From positions 1 to 42,621 of the forward strand of contig JAKSTB010000003.1 of assembly GCA_024402815.1 (NCBI GenBank): 42,621 bases of DNA, read 5' to 3'. Position 1 is the first letter of the stretch. Each line of letters starts with the position of its first letter. The notes under the pieces were generated by a model. That model was given only the letters and a program-made list of their open reading frames with translations, had not been told where the DNA came from and searched no databases. This document shows positions 1 through 9,440 of the stretch, piece by piece. The position numbers and the translations under genes are program-made. Source of the stretch: Alphaproteobacteria bacterium. GTDB taxonomy: Bacteria > Pseudomonadota > Alphaproteobacteria > Rs-D84.

Positions 1-1276
1 TTGCTTTGCCACTGATTGTGTTATTGCCATTTTCACCAAATACCTGGCTGTAACATACAGAACCCAATCCGCCACCACAATTACGCATAGCACATGTTTT
101 AATCGTTTCCACGCATTTGTTTTTAGCTTTGGCATCAAATTTGTTCACCAAGTCTTGAACTTTTTGACGCATTGCATTGTTCATACGTGCTGCATATGCT
201 TCATCAAAGATTTCTTCACGGTTATCTTCGTCACGCAATTGTGCATTTGTTGGCATTTGACCATTACCAATAAATGTAGCATAGCAATATTTATTTCCAC
301 CGATTGTTTCCAAACATGCATTTTTCAAATATCCAGAAACATCTTTGGTTGTCAATGTTGATGCAACCGATGCCAATTTTTCATTTGCAACCAAATTACC
401 TGTGCTGATAGCTTCTGCAATTTCAGCCAACACGCCGTTTGCATCTACGACACATTTGTTTGGATTTGAACCACACGCATTCAAAATACATTGATCTGCA
501 ATTTTATAGCAAGTAGAAACCGCGTTCACTGCCGCCAACGCAGCACCTTCGCTGATTGCGACACCAACACGTGATGTTGCAGCAGGGGCAACACTGGTAT
601 TTGTAGAACCAAACAATTCTGTGATTCCATCACCCTGGCAACGAGCCAATGTTGATGCACAGTTTATAGATTGTTTTTTGAATTCGTTATTTGTTGTACA
701 TAATTCGAAATCACTGCCACAAACACTTTCTTTCTGCAAACATTTCATATATTTTTTAACACATTGGTCAGATGTCAACATATTTGACAATTTTGCACCT
801 GTAACCATTTGACCCAACACAGAGCCATCTGTTGGGTATCTGTATTTGGAGACTTCGCCATAACTGTTTGTAGATTCAACTTCGGCCAAGGCAGTAACAC
901 TGCTGGTTCCGAACAAATCGTTAACACCGGATGGGGAACATTGGCCCAAAATGCTTAAGCAATTTGGCATTTTTGCGTGCAACAACACATTTGTCGTACA
1001 TTCTTCCAAACCTGGACCGCAGACATCTGTACCCTTCAAGCATCCCGAATATGTTTCGATACATTCGCTGTTAGATAACAACGAAGCTGTCGATGATGAT
1101 GACGAACTGGTAGTAGCCGTTCCAGTAACAATGTAACCCGCAATTGACGGCAACCGTGCAGAAGCCGATCCGGTCTTAATAGCACCCATTACGCTGACAC
1201 GCGGACTGGCCGCATTTGCCCCGGAAAATGTAGCAATTATTGCAAAAAATCCAAGTGTTTTTACGATATTTTTCAT
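1..1276 (-). CDS. Secreted cysteine-rich repeat protein (3' end runs off the window; absent from the ORF track)
   Basis: Manual translation from ATG at 1276 (purine-rich GGAGAAAGGGG upstream): MKNIVKTLGFFAIIATFSGANAA signal peptide, Ser/Thr-rich linker, two 6-Cys repeats; frame open to the window edge. Confidence 0.85.
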   Translation of the reverse strand, partial: MKNIVKTLGFFAIIATFSGANAASPRVSVMGAIKTGSASARLPSIAGYIVTGTATTSSSSSSTASLLSNSECIETYSGCLKGTDVCGPGLEECTTNVLLHAKMPNCLSILGQCSPSGVNDLFGTSSVTALAEVESTNSYGEVSKYRYPTDGSVLGQMVTGAKLSNMLTSDQCVKKYMKCLQKESVCGSDFELCTTNNEFKKQSINCASTLARCQGDGITELFGSTNTSVAPAATSRVGVAISEGAALAAVNAVSTCYKIADQCILNACGSNPNKCVVDANGVLAEIAEAISTGNLVANEKLASVASTLTTKDVSGYLKNACLETIGGNKYCYATFIGNGQMPTNAQLRDEDNREEIFDEAYAARMNNAMRQKVQDLVNKFDAKAKNKCVETIKTCAMRNCGGGLGSVCYSQVFGENGNNTISGKA

Positions 1277-1362
1277 CCCCTTTCTCCATTTACTATGTCT
1301 TGATTTTATCATAGTTGCGAAAATAAAGCAAAGGGAAAAATGAATATTTTGACCAATAATTT

Positions 1363-2322
1363 TTATTCGTTATCCAGAATTTCTTTCAATTCCAACATAT
1401 CATCTGGTAAACGTGTCTTGAAATGCATTTTTTCACCGGTTACAGGATGAACGAATTCCAACAATTCCGCGTGTAACATCTGGCCTGAATGAGTTTTCAA
1501 AAATTCCAACAACATTGGATCTTTGACACCACCAATATGAGATTTTTCTTTGCCATACAAAGAATCACAAACCACAGGAAAACCATGGGCAGATAAATGA
1601 ACCCTGATTTGATGTGTTCGCCCCGTCATCAGTGTGCAACGGAACAAAGAAATTCCAGACCGTGTCCAAACATCCGCAACATTCACAATTGTGTGCGCAG
1701 GTTTACCCCCAGTTTTCACCATGGACATTTTTTGACGATTACGGCTGGAACGTGCAATATTACCAGTTATATCCGCCCCACCCCACGTTGGAATGCCCCA
1801 AACAAAAGCGACATATTTACGGGTCAAATCATGTTCTGAAAATATTTTCACCAAACCACGATATGCAGCATCACTTTTTGCAAAAACCATTACCCCACTG
1901 GTATCTTTGTCCAAACGATGAACAACGCCAGGGCGTGTTAATCCGCCAAGCGTCGACAAATGTGTGTATGCCAATAAGTTTTGAACCAAAGTTCCTGTTT
2001 TATTCCCCGCAGATGGATACATAACAACACCACGCGGTTTATTGATTACGATAACATCATCGTCTTCGTATAAAATATCTAAATCAAAATCATTTGAAAC
2101 ATTGTCATACGCAACATCAGAAGTTTTTTCAGATATAGTCACAATAAATTCATCGCCCAATTTGGTTTTATCAGATAATTTTGTTATCTCAGCATTATTG
2201 CGTTTAATATCAAATTTTTGAATCTCACTGCGTGAAAATTCAGGCATCTGGCCAGCCAAAAATTTATCTATTCGAATACCAACATTTGAATCATCAACTA
2301 AAAATTTGCGAACATCTGCCAT
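1363..2322 (-). CDS. rluD: RluA/RluD family 23S rRNA pseudouridine synthase
   Basis: S4-like N-terminus RIDKFLA; motifs INKPRG, VHRLDKDTSG, TGRTHQIRVH. Confidence 0.9.
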   Translation of the reverse strand: MADVRKFLVDDSNVGIRIDKFLAGQMPEFSRSEIQKFDIKRNNAEITKLSDKTKLGDEFIVTISEKTSDVAYDNVSNDFDLDILYEDDDVIVINKPRGVVMYPSAGNKTGTLVQNLLAYTHLSTLGGLTRPGVVHRLDKDTSGVMVFAKSDAAYRGLVKIFSEHDLTRKYVAFVWGIPTWGGADITGNIARSSRNRQKMSMVKTGGKPAHTIVNVADVWTRSGISLFRCTLMTGRTHQIRVHLSAHGFPVVCDSLYGKEKSHIGGVKDPMLLEFLKTHSGQMLHAELLEFVHPVTGEKMHFKTRLPDDMLELKEILDNE

Positions 2323-2804
2323 TATTTATCTTTCCACTTTTTACCTTGTTCGCATTTCGAAATATCAATTGTGAAGTCGCGTTTTTTACCTTCGATTTTA
2401 CAATTCAAAATTCCTTCGGTTACGGCATCAGATGCATCTTTGTCTGCATTACGCCAGGCGAAAGAAATTTTTTCGGGTTTTTGTATACAGACCAGTCTTA
2501 ATTTCCCATCCATTTTTCCATTTGGTGACAACCAAACACGAACACCGTCCGCTTCGCCATAGCAAGGAAAAGCATCCAAATAATACAAAATTAAACCCTG
2601 TTTAACGAATTGTTTGTCTGTCCCTGTAATTGTGCCGGTATATTGGCGCAATCTTAAACCGGTAACACCTTCCCAATCAACAGTTGTTGAAAACACACTG
2701 ACACATGAGTTTGGCATAGGCACTGGCGTTGGTGGTATTGGTGAATCTGTGGCCAATGCAGAACAACATACAAAAGCCATCATAACAAACAATAATTTTT
2801 TCAT
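2322..2804 (-). CDS. Hypothetical secreted protein
   Basis: Signal peptide MKKLLFVMMAFVCCSALA, Pro-rich linker; stop overlaps the rluD start. Confidence 0.7.
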   Translation of the reverse strand: MKKLLFVMMAFVCCSALATDSPIPPTPVPMPNSCVSVFSTTVDWEGVTGLRLRQYTGTITGTDKQFVKQGLILYYLDAFPCYGEADGVRVWLSPNGKMDGKLRLVCIQKPEKISFAWRNADKDASDAVTEGILNCKIEGKKRDFTIDISKCEQGKKWKDK

Positions 2805-2806
2805 GT

Positions 2807-3298
2807 TTAATCCTTTAATTCTATGGCAACGCGTTTAATATCAACTGGATTCACAGACAAAGTATAACTAAATGCGACCGTTGTTTTAGGTTCAACAAAT
2901 GTTGCGGGTGGCAAAAATGATTGGTTTGATAAAACATTGTTAGCCGCATCATATGAAATAATTACCACATTGGGCAATCCTTGCAAATCTTCCGACATGT
3001 TCACGATATACCCAGAAACAGAAACTTGGTTATTTTGAACAATACTTTGAATACTGGTCTGGTCCACATATACAGTTTTTTTATCGGCCTTGTTTTCTTT
3101 GTATGTTATCATAACAGCAAAAGCAAACACACATGCCGCAATCAAAGCACAAAAAGATGCAATAAATTTCAACAATGTATTTTGCCAAACAGGTTTGTGT
3201 GGCAACCAAGTATTTCCACACACAGCACATTTAACCATCCCTTTTGGGAATTTTTTTAATTCATATTCTGTTTTACAAAAATCACATTCTATCTTCAT
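2807..3298 (-). CDS. Zinc-ribbon (MJ0042-type) membrane protein with DUF3426/FxLYD-like C-terminal domain
   Basis: CDFC...VKCAVC...W zinc ribbon, one TM helix, then VSGYIVN...IISYDAANN. Confidence 0.75.
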   Translation of the reverse strand: MKIECDFCKTEYELKKFPKGMVKCAVCGNTWLPHKPVWQNTLLKFIASFCALIAACVFAFAVMITYKENKADKKTVYVDQTSIQSIVQNNQVSVSGYIVNMSEDLQGLPNVVIISYDAANNVLSNQSFLPPATFVEPKTTVAFSYTLSVNPVDIKRVAIELKD

Positions 3299-3303
3299 TT
3301 TTA

Positions 3304-4689
3304 CTACTGCCCTTTTGGATACATTGTATTGTACATCTCTGTAACACTGTTACCAACCGCATTTAATAACTCAAAACAAGTCCCAACTGTAACATCTTTA
3401 CCTGTATTCACTTTATCACAAAACATTTGTGCCGTTTTAGATTTGCTGTTGTAATAATTTGGATCTTTACAAAACTTTTGTATCAAACCTTTCAAATCTG
3501 TTAGCACAACATCGTTCAATTTTCCAGTATTTTTTGTTAAATCCCATTCAAACCCTGGTTTTATACCCGATGAAATTTTGGTATTTACCCTTAAATTCGT
3601 GGTCACAGTCCCCACAGGACTTTTATTTGCCGGCACATCACCTACAAGTGTCCCTTTGATAAAGATTTCATTTGCATCGACACTATCCACAACTGTTGTC
3701 CCGCCAATTCTTTTTATTTCGGTATCTTTTGAAATTTTTAATCCATTCAATTTCAAATCTTTGTTCACGATTAATTCGTTTGTTTCTATGATTCCAAAAG
3801 TCCCTGTTTTAATAATGTCAAAATTTCCGTTTGTTACAAACACAGTATGTTTAGAATCACCTGAAATATTACCACCGTTTATCAATTTCAATTCATTGGT
3901 ATCATAAGAAACATCTTTCAACAAAGCTGTATTTTTAAATTCCAGTGTTGATAACTCTTCTATTTGTCCGACATTTAAAGTGTTAAAAAATGCAAAACTG
4001 CCACTGACGTTTAATGTACCAATATTAACCACGTTTTGACCATTCAAATTTAAATTTGAACGCATAGTTGAATCCTCAGGATTATCCGTAGGAACACGCC
4101 ACAAATACATTGAATTACCACTGGTCGCAGTAGTTTCGGTTGTTCCAACAATACCTGTGGTTATATCATCTTCCAATCCCAAACTGGCGGTACTGGTTTG
4201 AAACACATTAAAACCACCATAAACCTCTCTACCATCTACAAAACCATATTTTCCATTTCCCAGATTTGCGATTTCACGTGTTCGAAAAGAAGAAATATCT
4301 TTGTTATTTAAAACAACCACACCCTGTAAAACACCATTCACACCAGAACCAGATTTTAATACGCTTAATTGATAATCTTGGCCGTAATCATCTACAATAT
4401 GTTCTGGCAATCCATAATCTTCCAATTCAGATATTTTTACCGAAAAATTATGATTTCCAACATGTTGTAAAAATATCGATTTTCTATCATTAATGTATCT
4501 TTCCAAAGCGTTTTGAACTATTTCTATTTGTTTCGCAACTGCTATATTTTTTGCCCTGGATATCGCATTTTGTTGATATCTGACAATAAAAGGCAAAATT
4601 ATTGCGGCAATCGTTATTGACAACATCAATTCAACCAGCATCCCGCCACGTTGTGCTTTTAAAAAAGATTTTTTTGCAATATGTTTCAT
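3304..4689 (-). CDS. PilV/shufflon-N-like large minor pilin (paralog 3)
   Basis: Class III signal QRG|GMLVELML plus hydrophobic helix; YLWRVP...MRSNLNLNGQNVVNI motif resembling the PilV constant region. Confidence 0.7.
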   Translation of the reverse strand: MKHIAKKSFLKAQRGGMLVELMLSITIAAIILPFIVRYQQNAISRAKNIAVAKQIEIVQNALERYINDRKSIFLQHVGNHNFSVKISELEDYGLPEHIVDDYGQDYQLSVLKSGSGVNGVLQGVVVLNNKDISSFRTREIANLGNGKYGFVDGREVYGGFNVFQTSTASLGLEDDITTGIVGTTETTATSGNSMYLWRVPTDNPEDSTMRSNLNLNGQNVVNIGTLNVSGSFAFFNTLNVGQIEELSTLEFKNTALLKDVSYDTNELKLINGGNISGDSKHTVFVTNGNFDIIKTGTFGIIETNELIVNKDLKLNGLKISKDTEIKRIGGTTVVDSVDANEIFIKGTLVGDVPANKSPVGTVTTNLRVNTKISSGIKPGFEWDLTKNTGKLNDVVLTDLKGLIQKFCKDPNYYNSKSKTAQMFCDKVNTGKDVTVGTCFELLNAVGNSVTEMYNTMYPKGQ

Positions 4690-4693
4690 CGTT

Positions 4694-5944
4694 TTATTTC
4701 AGCAACTCCGGATTTATATCTATTATCACAGGTAATGTTTTTGAACCTACAGATAAATCATTAAATGGCATTATTTTACCATCTGCTGATATATTCCAAA
4801 ACCCCCTTTTGTCTGGCCCTCTATCTCTGTCCCCCAATGTTAATCCTTTCACACTGCCAGCAACAGAAAAAGGCCAAAGATCTGCAGCAACCGTTATACC
4901 AAAACTTGATTTCTTTTCATCACCATTTTTGTCAGCATAAAAATTTAAATTTTTTGCTTTCATAACCCCTGTAGATAAACTGTCAGTCTCCATAGATGTT
5001 ATATCTATGACATCGGTCTCAGAAACATCTGGTATATAGCTTAAATAAACATCATTTCCCACTTTCAACTCTGCATTTACAGTAACACTATTCCCCATAA
5101 TTAAAGGAGTTACGTTTTTAGTTTTATTAACTGTATTCGCTTCGATATTAAAACCATATAATGTATTCACAGAAGATATAAAATCTGCATGTATTTCTGA
5201 ATCTTGAAAATTAAGTCCTGATAAAAATCTACCATTATCCGCTTGTACATCCGCTGCATTTAAATATCTTACTTTGGCTACAATTGAACTATACATATCA
5301 AGATAGTCTCCTTTCATCTCACCAACATTATACATGTAATTATTATTCATCGCCAAATCTGTTAACATCGTGGTTAAAGTGCCATCAACGCCCGCTTCGC
5401 GATGTAAATAATTTGTTTTATTTTCCAATGCATAATCACGACTGACCTTAAAAATTAAATCTCCTTCTTCAAAATTTTTTTCATCTTGAACCGCCCAATT
5501 TTGAGCATATGCAATTCCACCTGTTTGAACAACTGCTGCATCATGTCCAATATATTTTGCAACTTTGGCGGTTCTGATGCTTGTTTCTCGTTTTGGAAAA
5601 ACCAGATAAACATCTATGATACCCGTTTTATCGCTTTGATTATCTATGACCATATTCTTTGCCCCAGGTGCAATTTCTTGCAATTCTTCTATGTTAATTT
5701 CTGGGGTTACACCTGTTTTTTCCCAATCTGATTCATTTACACGAACAAAAGTAATAATATTATTACGCATCCCCACTATTTTTTTTGCATAATGAATATC
5801 TTGAACCATATCTGTCATATCAGAAATTTGAGTGTATAAAAACGGTGTAACAGCTAACACCAAAGCAATCGCCAAAATGACTTCCATCATTGACGATCCA
5901 AATTGCCAATATTCTTTTACAAAATATTTTTTGTTTAATGCCAT
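4694..5944 (-). CDS. PilV/shufflon-N-like large minor pilin (paralog 2)
   Basis: Likely start ATG 5944 overlapping the upstream stop; QFG|SSMMEVIL prepilin motif; YLHRE...MLTDLAMNNNYMYNV motif. Confidence 0.65.
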   Translation of the reverse strand: MALNKKYFVKEYWQFGSSMMEVILAIALVLAVTPFLYTQISDMTDMVQDIHYAKKIVGMRNNIITFVRVNESDWEKTGVTPEINIEELQEIAPGAKNMVIDNQSDKTGIIDVYLVFPKRETSIRTAKVAKYIGHDAAVVQTGGIAYAQNWAVQDEKNFEEGDLIFKVSRDYALENKTNYLHREAGVDGTLTTMLTDLAMNNNYMYNVGEMKGDYLDMYSSIVAKVRYLNAADVQADNGRFLSGLNFQDSEIHADFISSVNTLYGFNIEANTVNKTKNVTPLIMGNSVTVNAELKVGNDVYLSYIPDVSETDVIDITSMETDSLSTGVMKAKNLNFYADKNGDEKKSSFGITVAADLWPFSVAGSVKGLTLGDRDRGPDKRGFWNISADGKIMPFNDLSVGSKTLPVIIDINPELLK

Positions 5945-7347
5945 GTGTTGTTCTTTATTCTTAATCTGTATTCTAAAGTATACCAGTATATATATTGGCA
6001 TATTATGTGTTGTGCCAAAGAATGTCTTTCAAAAGAAACTCCTCCTTTTTCTGAAAAGGCTTCTAAACAATTTACCAATTCCGCTTTCGTGCCAGTTGGA
6101 TTTTTGATGAAATACATTTTATCATTAGCCATTTGTTTACCGTCTATATTTTCAGCATAAATATCTTGGAACACAGATACCCCGGCCGGAGAAATTTGTA
6201 TTTTTATATCGTTCTGTACCCCTTCTTTTAATTGGTTAACAGTTGATTGCCCCACAACTATGTTTTCAGCAACCAATTCATCCACCTCTATGATACCATT
6301 TTCGTTCAATCTTCCACTTGAAGCTTTTATAACAACAATATCAGAATTTATTTTCAATTCACCTTCTGTATCACTTGGTTTGATACGCAATGTATAATCT
6401 GGTGCAAAAAAATTATGTTCAATTTGTGTCCAAGTTGTCGGTGCCGTAAAATCAATACTGTTTCCAATCATCATAAATTCATTTGCCTCTAAACTCTCTG
6501 CAACATGTAACGAAGGTAAAAATTTATCACTTGTGTATGCACGAGAACTGCCAGCAGACACATAAGTCACAGTCATATTTGTTCCAATTGACATATCAGA
6601 TCCTGTGATATCTAAAAAACCATACACATCGGTCGAACCATTTACATTAAATGTTTTAAAATTATTGCTACTTTGTGCATCACCAAACAATGTTATTTTT
6701 TTGAATCTTCCGCCATTAAATTCCCCGTAATTTGCGCCATTTGTTCCATTGCCCATACCATCATTTGTAAATTCACCGCCCAATCCGCCCAATCCATATA
6801 TGTTATAACCTTGCATATTTAATTCAGACAAAAATATTCCATCTTCTGGTTCTTCTTTCAAAACAATATCAGTGTAAGAAGTAACTGAAGAATCAACAGG
6901 CACAAACACAGATATATTGCCACTACCTTCGTCCCTGGCAAATAAATCCAATCTGCGAATTAATTCTGCGGTTTGGATATCCGACAATTTTCCACCATGA
7001 ATCCTTATTTCCGCGCCAATATAATCTTCATTTTTGTTAATAACCAAAGACATTGTTTGGCCGAATATCGTTTCATTTCTGAATCCCAGTGGCAAACCAT
7101 AATGTTGCAACACATTAACCAAGACATCATCGGCATATTCTGTTTTGCCATAATTCAAATCATTTTTATTTTCGCGCAGATAATTTGTCACCGCATTATA
7201 AACATATTCGACCTGTTGAGTAACAGAATGCATTTTCGCACTCATATCACGAACGGCCAATTTGCTTGCAAAAAAGGGCATGAAAACAAACGCCAAAGTC
7301 AGGGCCAGCAATGCCTGTAACAGAAAATTTCCACGCTGATTTTGCAA
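5935..7347 (-). CDS. PilV/shufflon-N-like large minor pilin (paralog 1, Gln at +5)
   Basis: TTG start after AGGAGG; QRG|NFLLQALL prepilin-like N-terminus; GLPLGF...FGQ and FLSELNMQGYNIYGL motifs. Confidence 0.65.
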   Translation of the reverse strand: MQNQRGNFLLQALLALTLAFVFMPFFASKLAVRDMSAKMHSVTQQVEYVYNAVTNYLRENKNDLNYGKTEYADDVLVNVLQHYGLPLGFRNETIFGQTMSLVINKNEDYIGAEIRIHGGKLSDIQTAELIRRLDLFARDEGSGNISVFVPVDSSVTSYTDIVLKEEPEDGIFLSELNMQGYNIYGLGGLGGEFTNDGMGNGTNGANYGEFNGGRFKKITLFGDAQSSNNFKTFNVNGSTDVYGFLDITGSDMSIGTNMTVTYVSAGSSRAYTSDKFLPSLHVAESLEANEFMMIGNSIDFTAPTTWTQIEHNFFAPDYTLRIKPSDTEGELKINSDIVVIKASSGRLNENGIIEVDELVAENIVVGQSTVNQLKEGVQNDIKIQISPAGVSVFQDIYAENIDGKQMANDKMYFIKNPTGTKAELVNCLEAFSEKGGVSFERHSLAQHIICQYIYWYTLEYRLRIKNNTWH

Positions 7348-7489
7348 AACATCCCTCCTACGAATAAAAGTTTAGCAATAAAAAAATTTTATTGCAATCG
7401 CTTTTAAGATGTTTTAACATTTAGTCGTGTTAAATGGATATGGCAATGTATTTTGCCGATGAAGGTATCCCCTTAAAAAAAGAAAGAAC

Positions 7490-7807
7490 ATGCAAAATAA
7501 AAAAAATCAAACATCTGTGGGCCAGATGATTCAACGCTGTCATAAATGGCGCCAAAAAAGAAAACAATATATCGATTTAGCTCGTCAAACTGACGATGAA
7601 ATCGAACGCGAACGTCTGTTGCAGACGGCGGAACATTATGGCCGTATTGTTAATGAAGAACAGGTAAAAATTGATTCTCAACGCGATCCCAAGGATAAAA
7701 CCCCGGTTGAAGAAATCACAGAATCTGGCGAAACAACCGAAAATGCTGATTCTGGGGACAGCGAAGAAGAAATTGGATTTCCTGATTTCATTACAAATTT
7801 AAAATAA
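7490..7807 (+). CDS. DUF4167-like protein
   Basis: YIDLARQ...ERLLQTAEHYGRI resembles the alphaproteobacterial DUF4167 core; acidic tail. Confidence 0.65.
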   Translation: MQNKKNQTSVGQMIQRCHKWRQKRKQYIDLARQTDDEIERERLLQTAEHYGRIVNEEQVKIDSQRDPKDKTPVEEITESGETTENADSGDSEEEIGFPDFITNLK

Positions 7808-7824
7808 TTTCACTTTGTTTTTTA

Positions 7825-7852
7825 TTGAAATTAGGTATTTATTTGCTATGCT
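7825..7852 (+). promoter_or_regulatory. Putative sigma70 promoter of dnaX
   Basis: TTGAAA-16bp-TATGCT with extended -10 TG, followed by AAGGAAG RBS. Confidence 0.45.
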
Positions 7853-7871
7853 TTAACCCAAAGGAAGCATT

Positions 7872-9413
7872 ATGGAAAATAATTACACTGTCTTAGCACG
7901 CAAATACCGCAGTCAAGATTTTGAATCCCTGATTGGTCAGGATGTATTGGTAAAGACATTAACGACCGCTATTAACACAGGTCGTATTGCACATGCATAT
8001 ATTTTTACAGGAATTCGTGGAACTGGGAAAACCAGTACTGCACGTATCTTGGCCAAAGCGTTAAATTGTTTATCATCTGATCACGCAACATCTAAACCAT
8101 GTGGCAAATGCGAAAATTGTTTGGCGATTGCTGCGGGGCAACATATTGATGTTATGGAAATCGATGCTGCATCTCATACAGGTGTGGATAATATGCGTGA
8201 AATTTTGGATGCTGCTTTATACCGTCCAACCAACGCACGTTACAAGGTTTATATTATCGACGAAGTTCACATGTTATCAACCAGTGCTTTTAATGCATTG
8301 TTGAAAACATTGGAAGAACCACCTGCACATGTTATTTTCATACTTGCCACCACAGAAATTAGAAAGGTTCCTGTTACAATTTTATCACGTTGCCAACGTT
8401 TCGATTTGGCACGTGTGCCGGTTGAAACTTTGAAAAAACATTTTGCGTGGATTGCAGAACAAGAAAAAATCGAATTAAGCGACGGCGCAAATGAATTATT
8501 GGCGCGCGCTGCGGATGGTTCTGTGCGTGATGGATTGTCTTTGTTGGATCAAGCTATCGCCCAAACAGGTGGACATGTTGATGAAGCATCTGTATTGGAT
8601 ATGTTAAAAAGAACAGATTGCGGAACAGTTGTTAATTTTATGCAAACTGTTTTGTCTGGGGATGTAAATGCTGCATTAAATAAATTGGATGAAATTTATA
8701 ATAACGGCGCAGATTTAACAATGTTGTTAAATGATATGATGGAATGGACCCATTGGGCAACACGTATGTATCCATCATTAAGATTACAGGATGCAACATC
8801 ATCACCATATACAGCTGACCAACGCGAAACAATCAAAAAGATAAATGAAAAAATTTCTTTGAATACCCTGTCCCGTATATGGCAGGTTATGATTGCATCT
8901 GTCCCTGAATTACAGGCATCCGGCAATCAAAAACAATGCTTTGATATGTTAATAGTTCGCTTGATGCATATTGCAGATATGCCGTCAATTCCTGAATTAT
9001 TAAAACAGCAAGATAAAGAAGTTGTTCAACAAAAACCTGCAGAACAACCTAAACCAGTGGTGGAAGAAAAAAAATTCATCGAAATAAAAACATCTGCTGA
9101 TTTGGCAAACGCACTGCAACAGGCACGCGAATTATTGTTGTATTCCTATTACAGTTCTAATCTGGAAATAGCTGAATTTACAGATGGTCATATAAAATAT
9201 TTTGACAGAAAAGACGATAAAGAATTTTCGAAAAAATTGGCAATTTGGTTAAAGGAAAAAACCGGCAAATTGTGGAATTTGGAAAAATTGGAACAATCTA
9301 CAAACCAAGAAACAATTTCAGAACATGCGAAATCAGAAATTACATCTGACCCCATGGTGGCAAGTGCCATGGATTTATTCAAAGATGCTGAAATTGTAAA
9401 CATATCTAAATAA
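7872..9413 (+). CDS. dnaX: DNA polymerase III subunit gamma/tau
   Basis: LARKYR, Walker A GIRGTGKT, Zn motif C..PCGKCENC, IDEVHML, SRCQRF. Confidence 0.97.
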   Translation: MENNYTVLARKYRSQDFESLIGQDVLVKTLTTAINTGRIAHAYIFTGIRGTGKTSTARILAKALNCLSSDHATSKPCGKCENCLAIAAGQHIDVMEIDAASHTGVDNMREILDAALYRPTNARYKVYIIDEVHMLSTSAFNALLKTLEEPPAHVIFILATTEIRKVPVTILSRCQRFDLARVPVETLKKHFAWIAEQEKIELSDGANELLARAADGSVRDGLSLLDQAIAQTGGHVDEASVLDMLKRTDCGTVVNFMQTVLSGDVNAALNKLDEIYNNGADLTMLLNDMMEWTHWATRMYPSLRLQDATSSPYTADQRETIKKINEKISLNTLSRIWQVMIASVPELQASGNQKQCFDMLIVRLMHIADMPSIPELLKQQDKEVVQQKPAEQPKPVVEEKKFIEIKTSADLANALQQARELLLYSYYSSNLEIAEFTDGHIKYFDRKDDKEFSKKLAIWLKEKTGKLWNLEKLEQSTNQETISEHAKSEITSDPMVASAMDLFKDAEIVNISK

Positions 9414-9440
9414 AAAACATATAAAACCGAGGGGGCAAAC

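Noticed and set aside
155-1136. Three short plus-strand ORFs in the ORF track
   Set aside because: Antisense to the long open minus-strand frame starting at 1276
3304-7347. Active shufflon (invertible PilV C-termini)
   Set aside because: No Rci-like recombinase, no repeated sfx-like sites and no inverted partial cassettes seen; all three genes are full length and co-oriented
7404-7417. CtrA-like TTAA pair upstream of the pilin operon
   Set aside because: Spacer is 6 nt rather than 7, and TTAA is common in this AT-rich DNA
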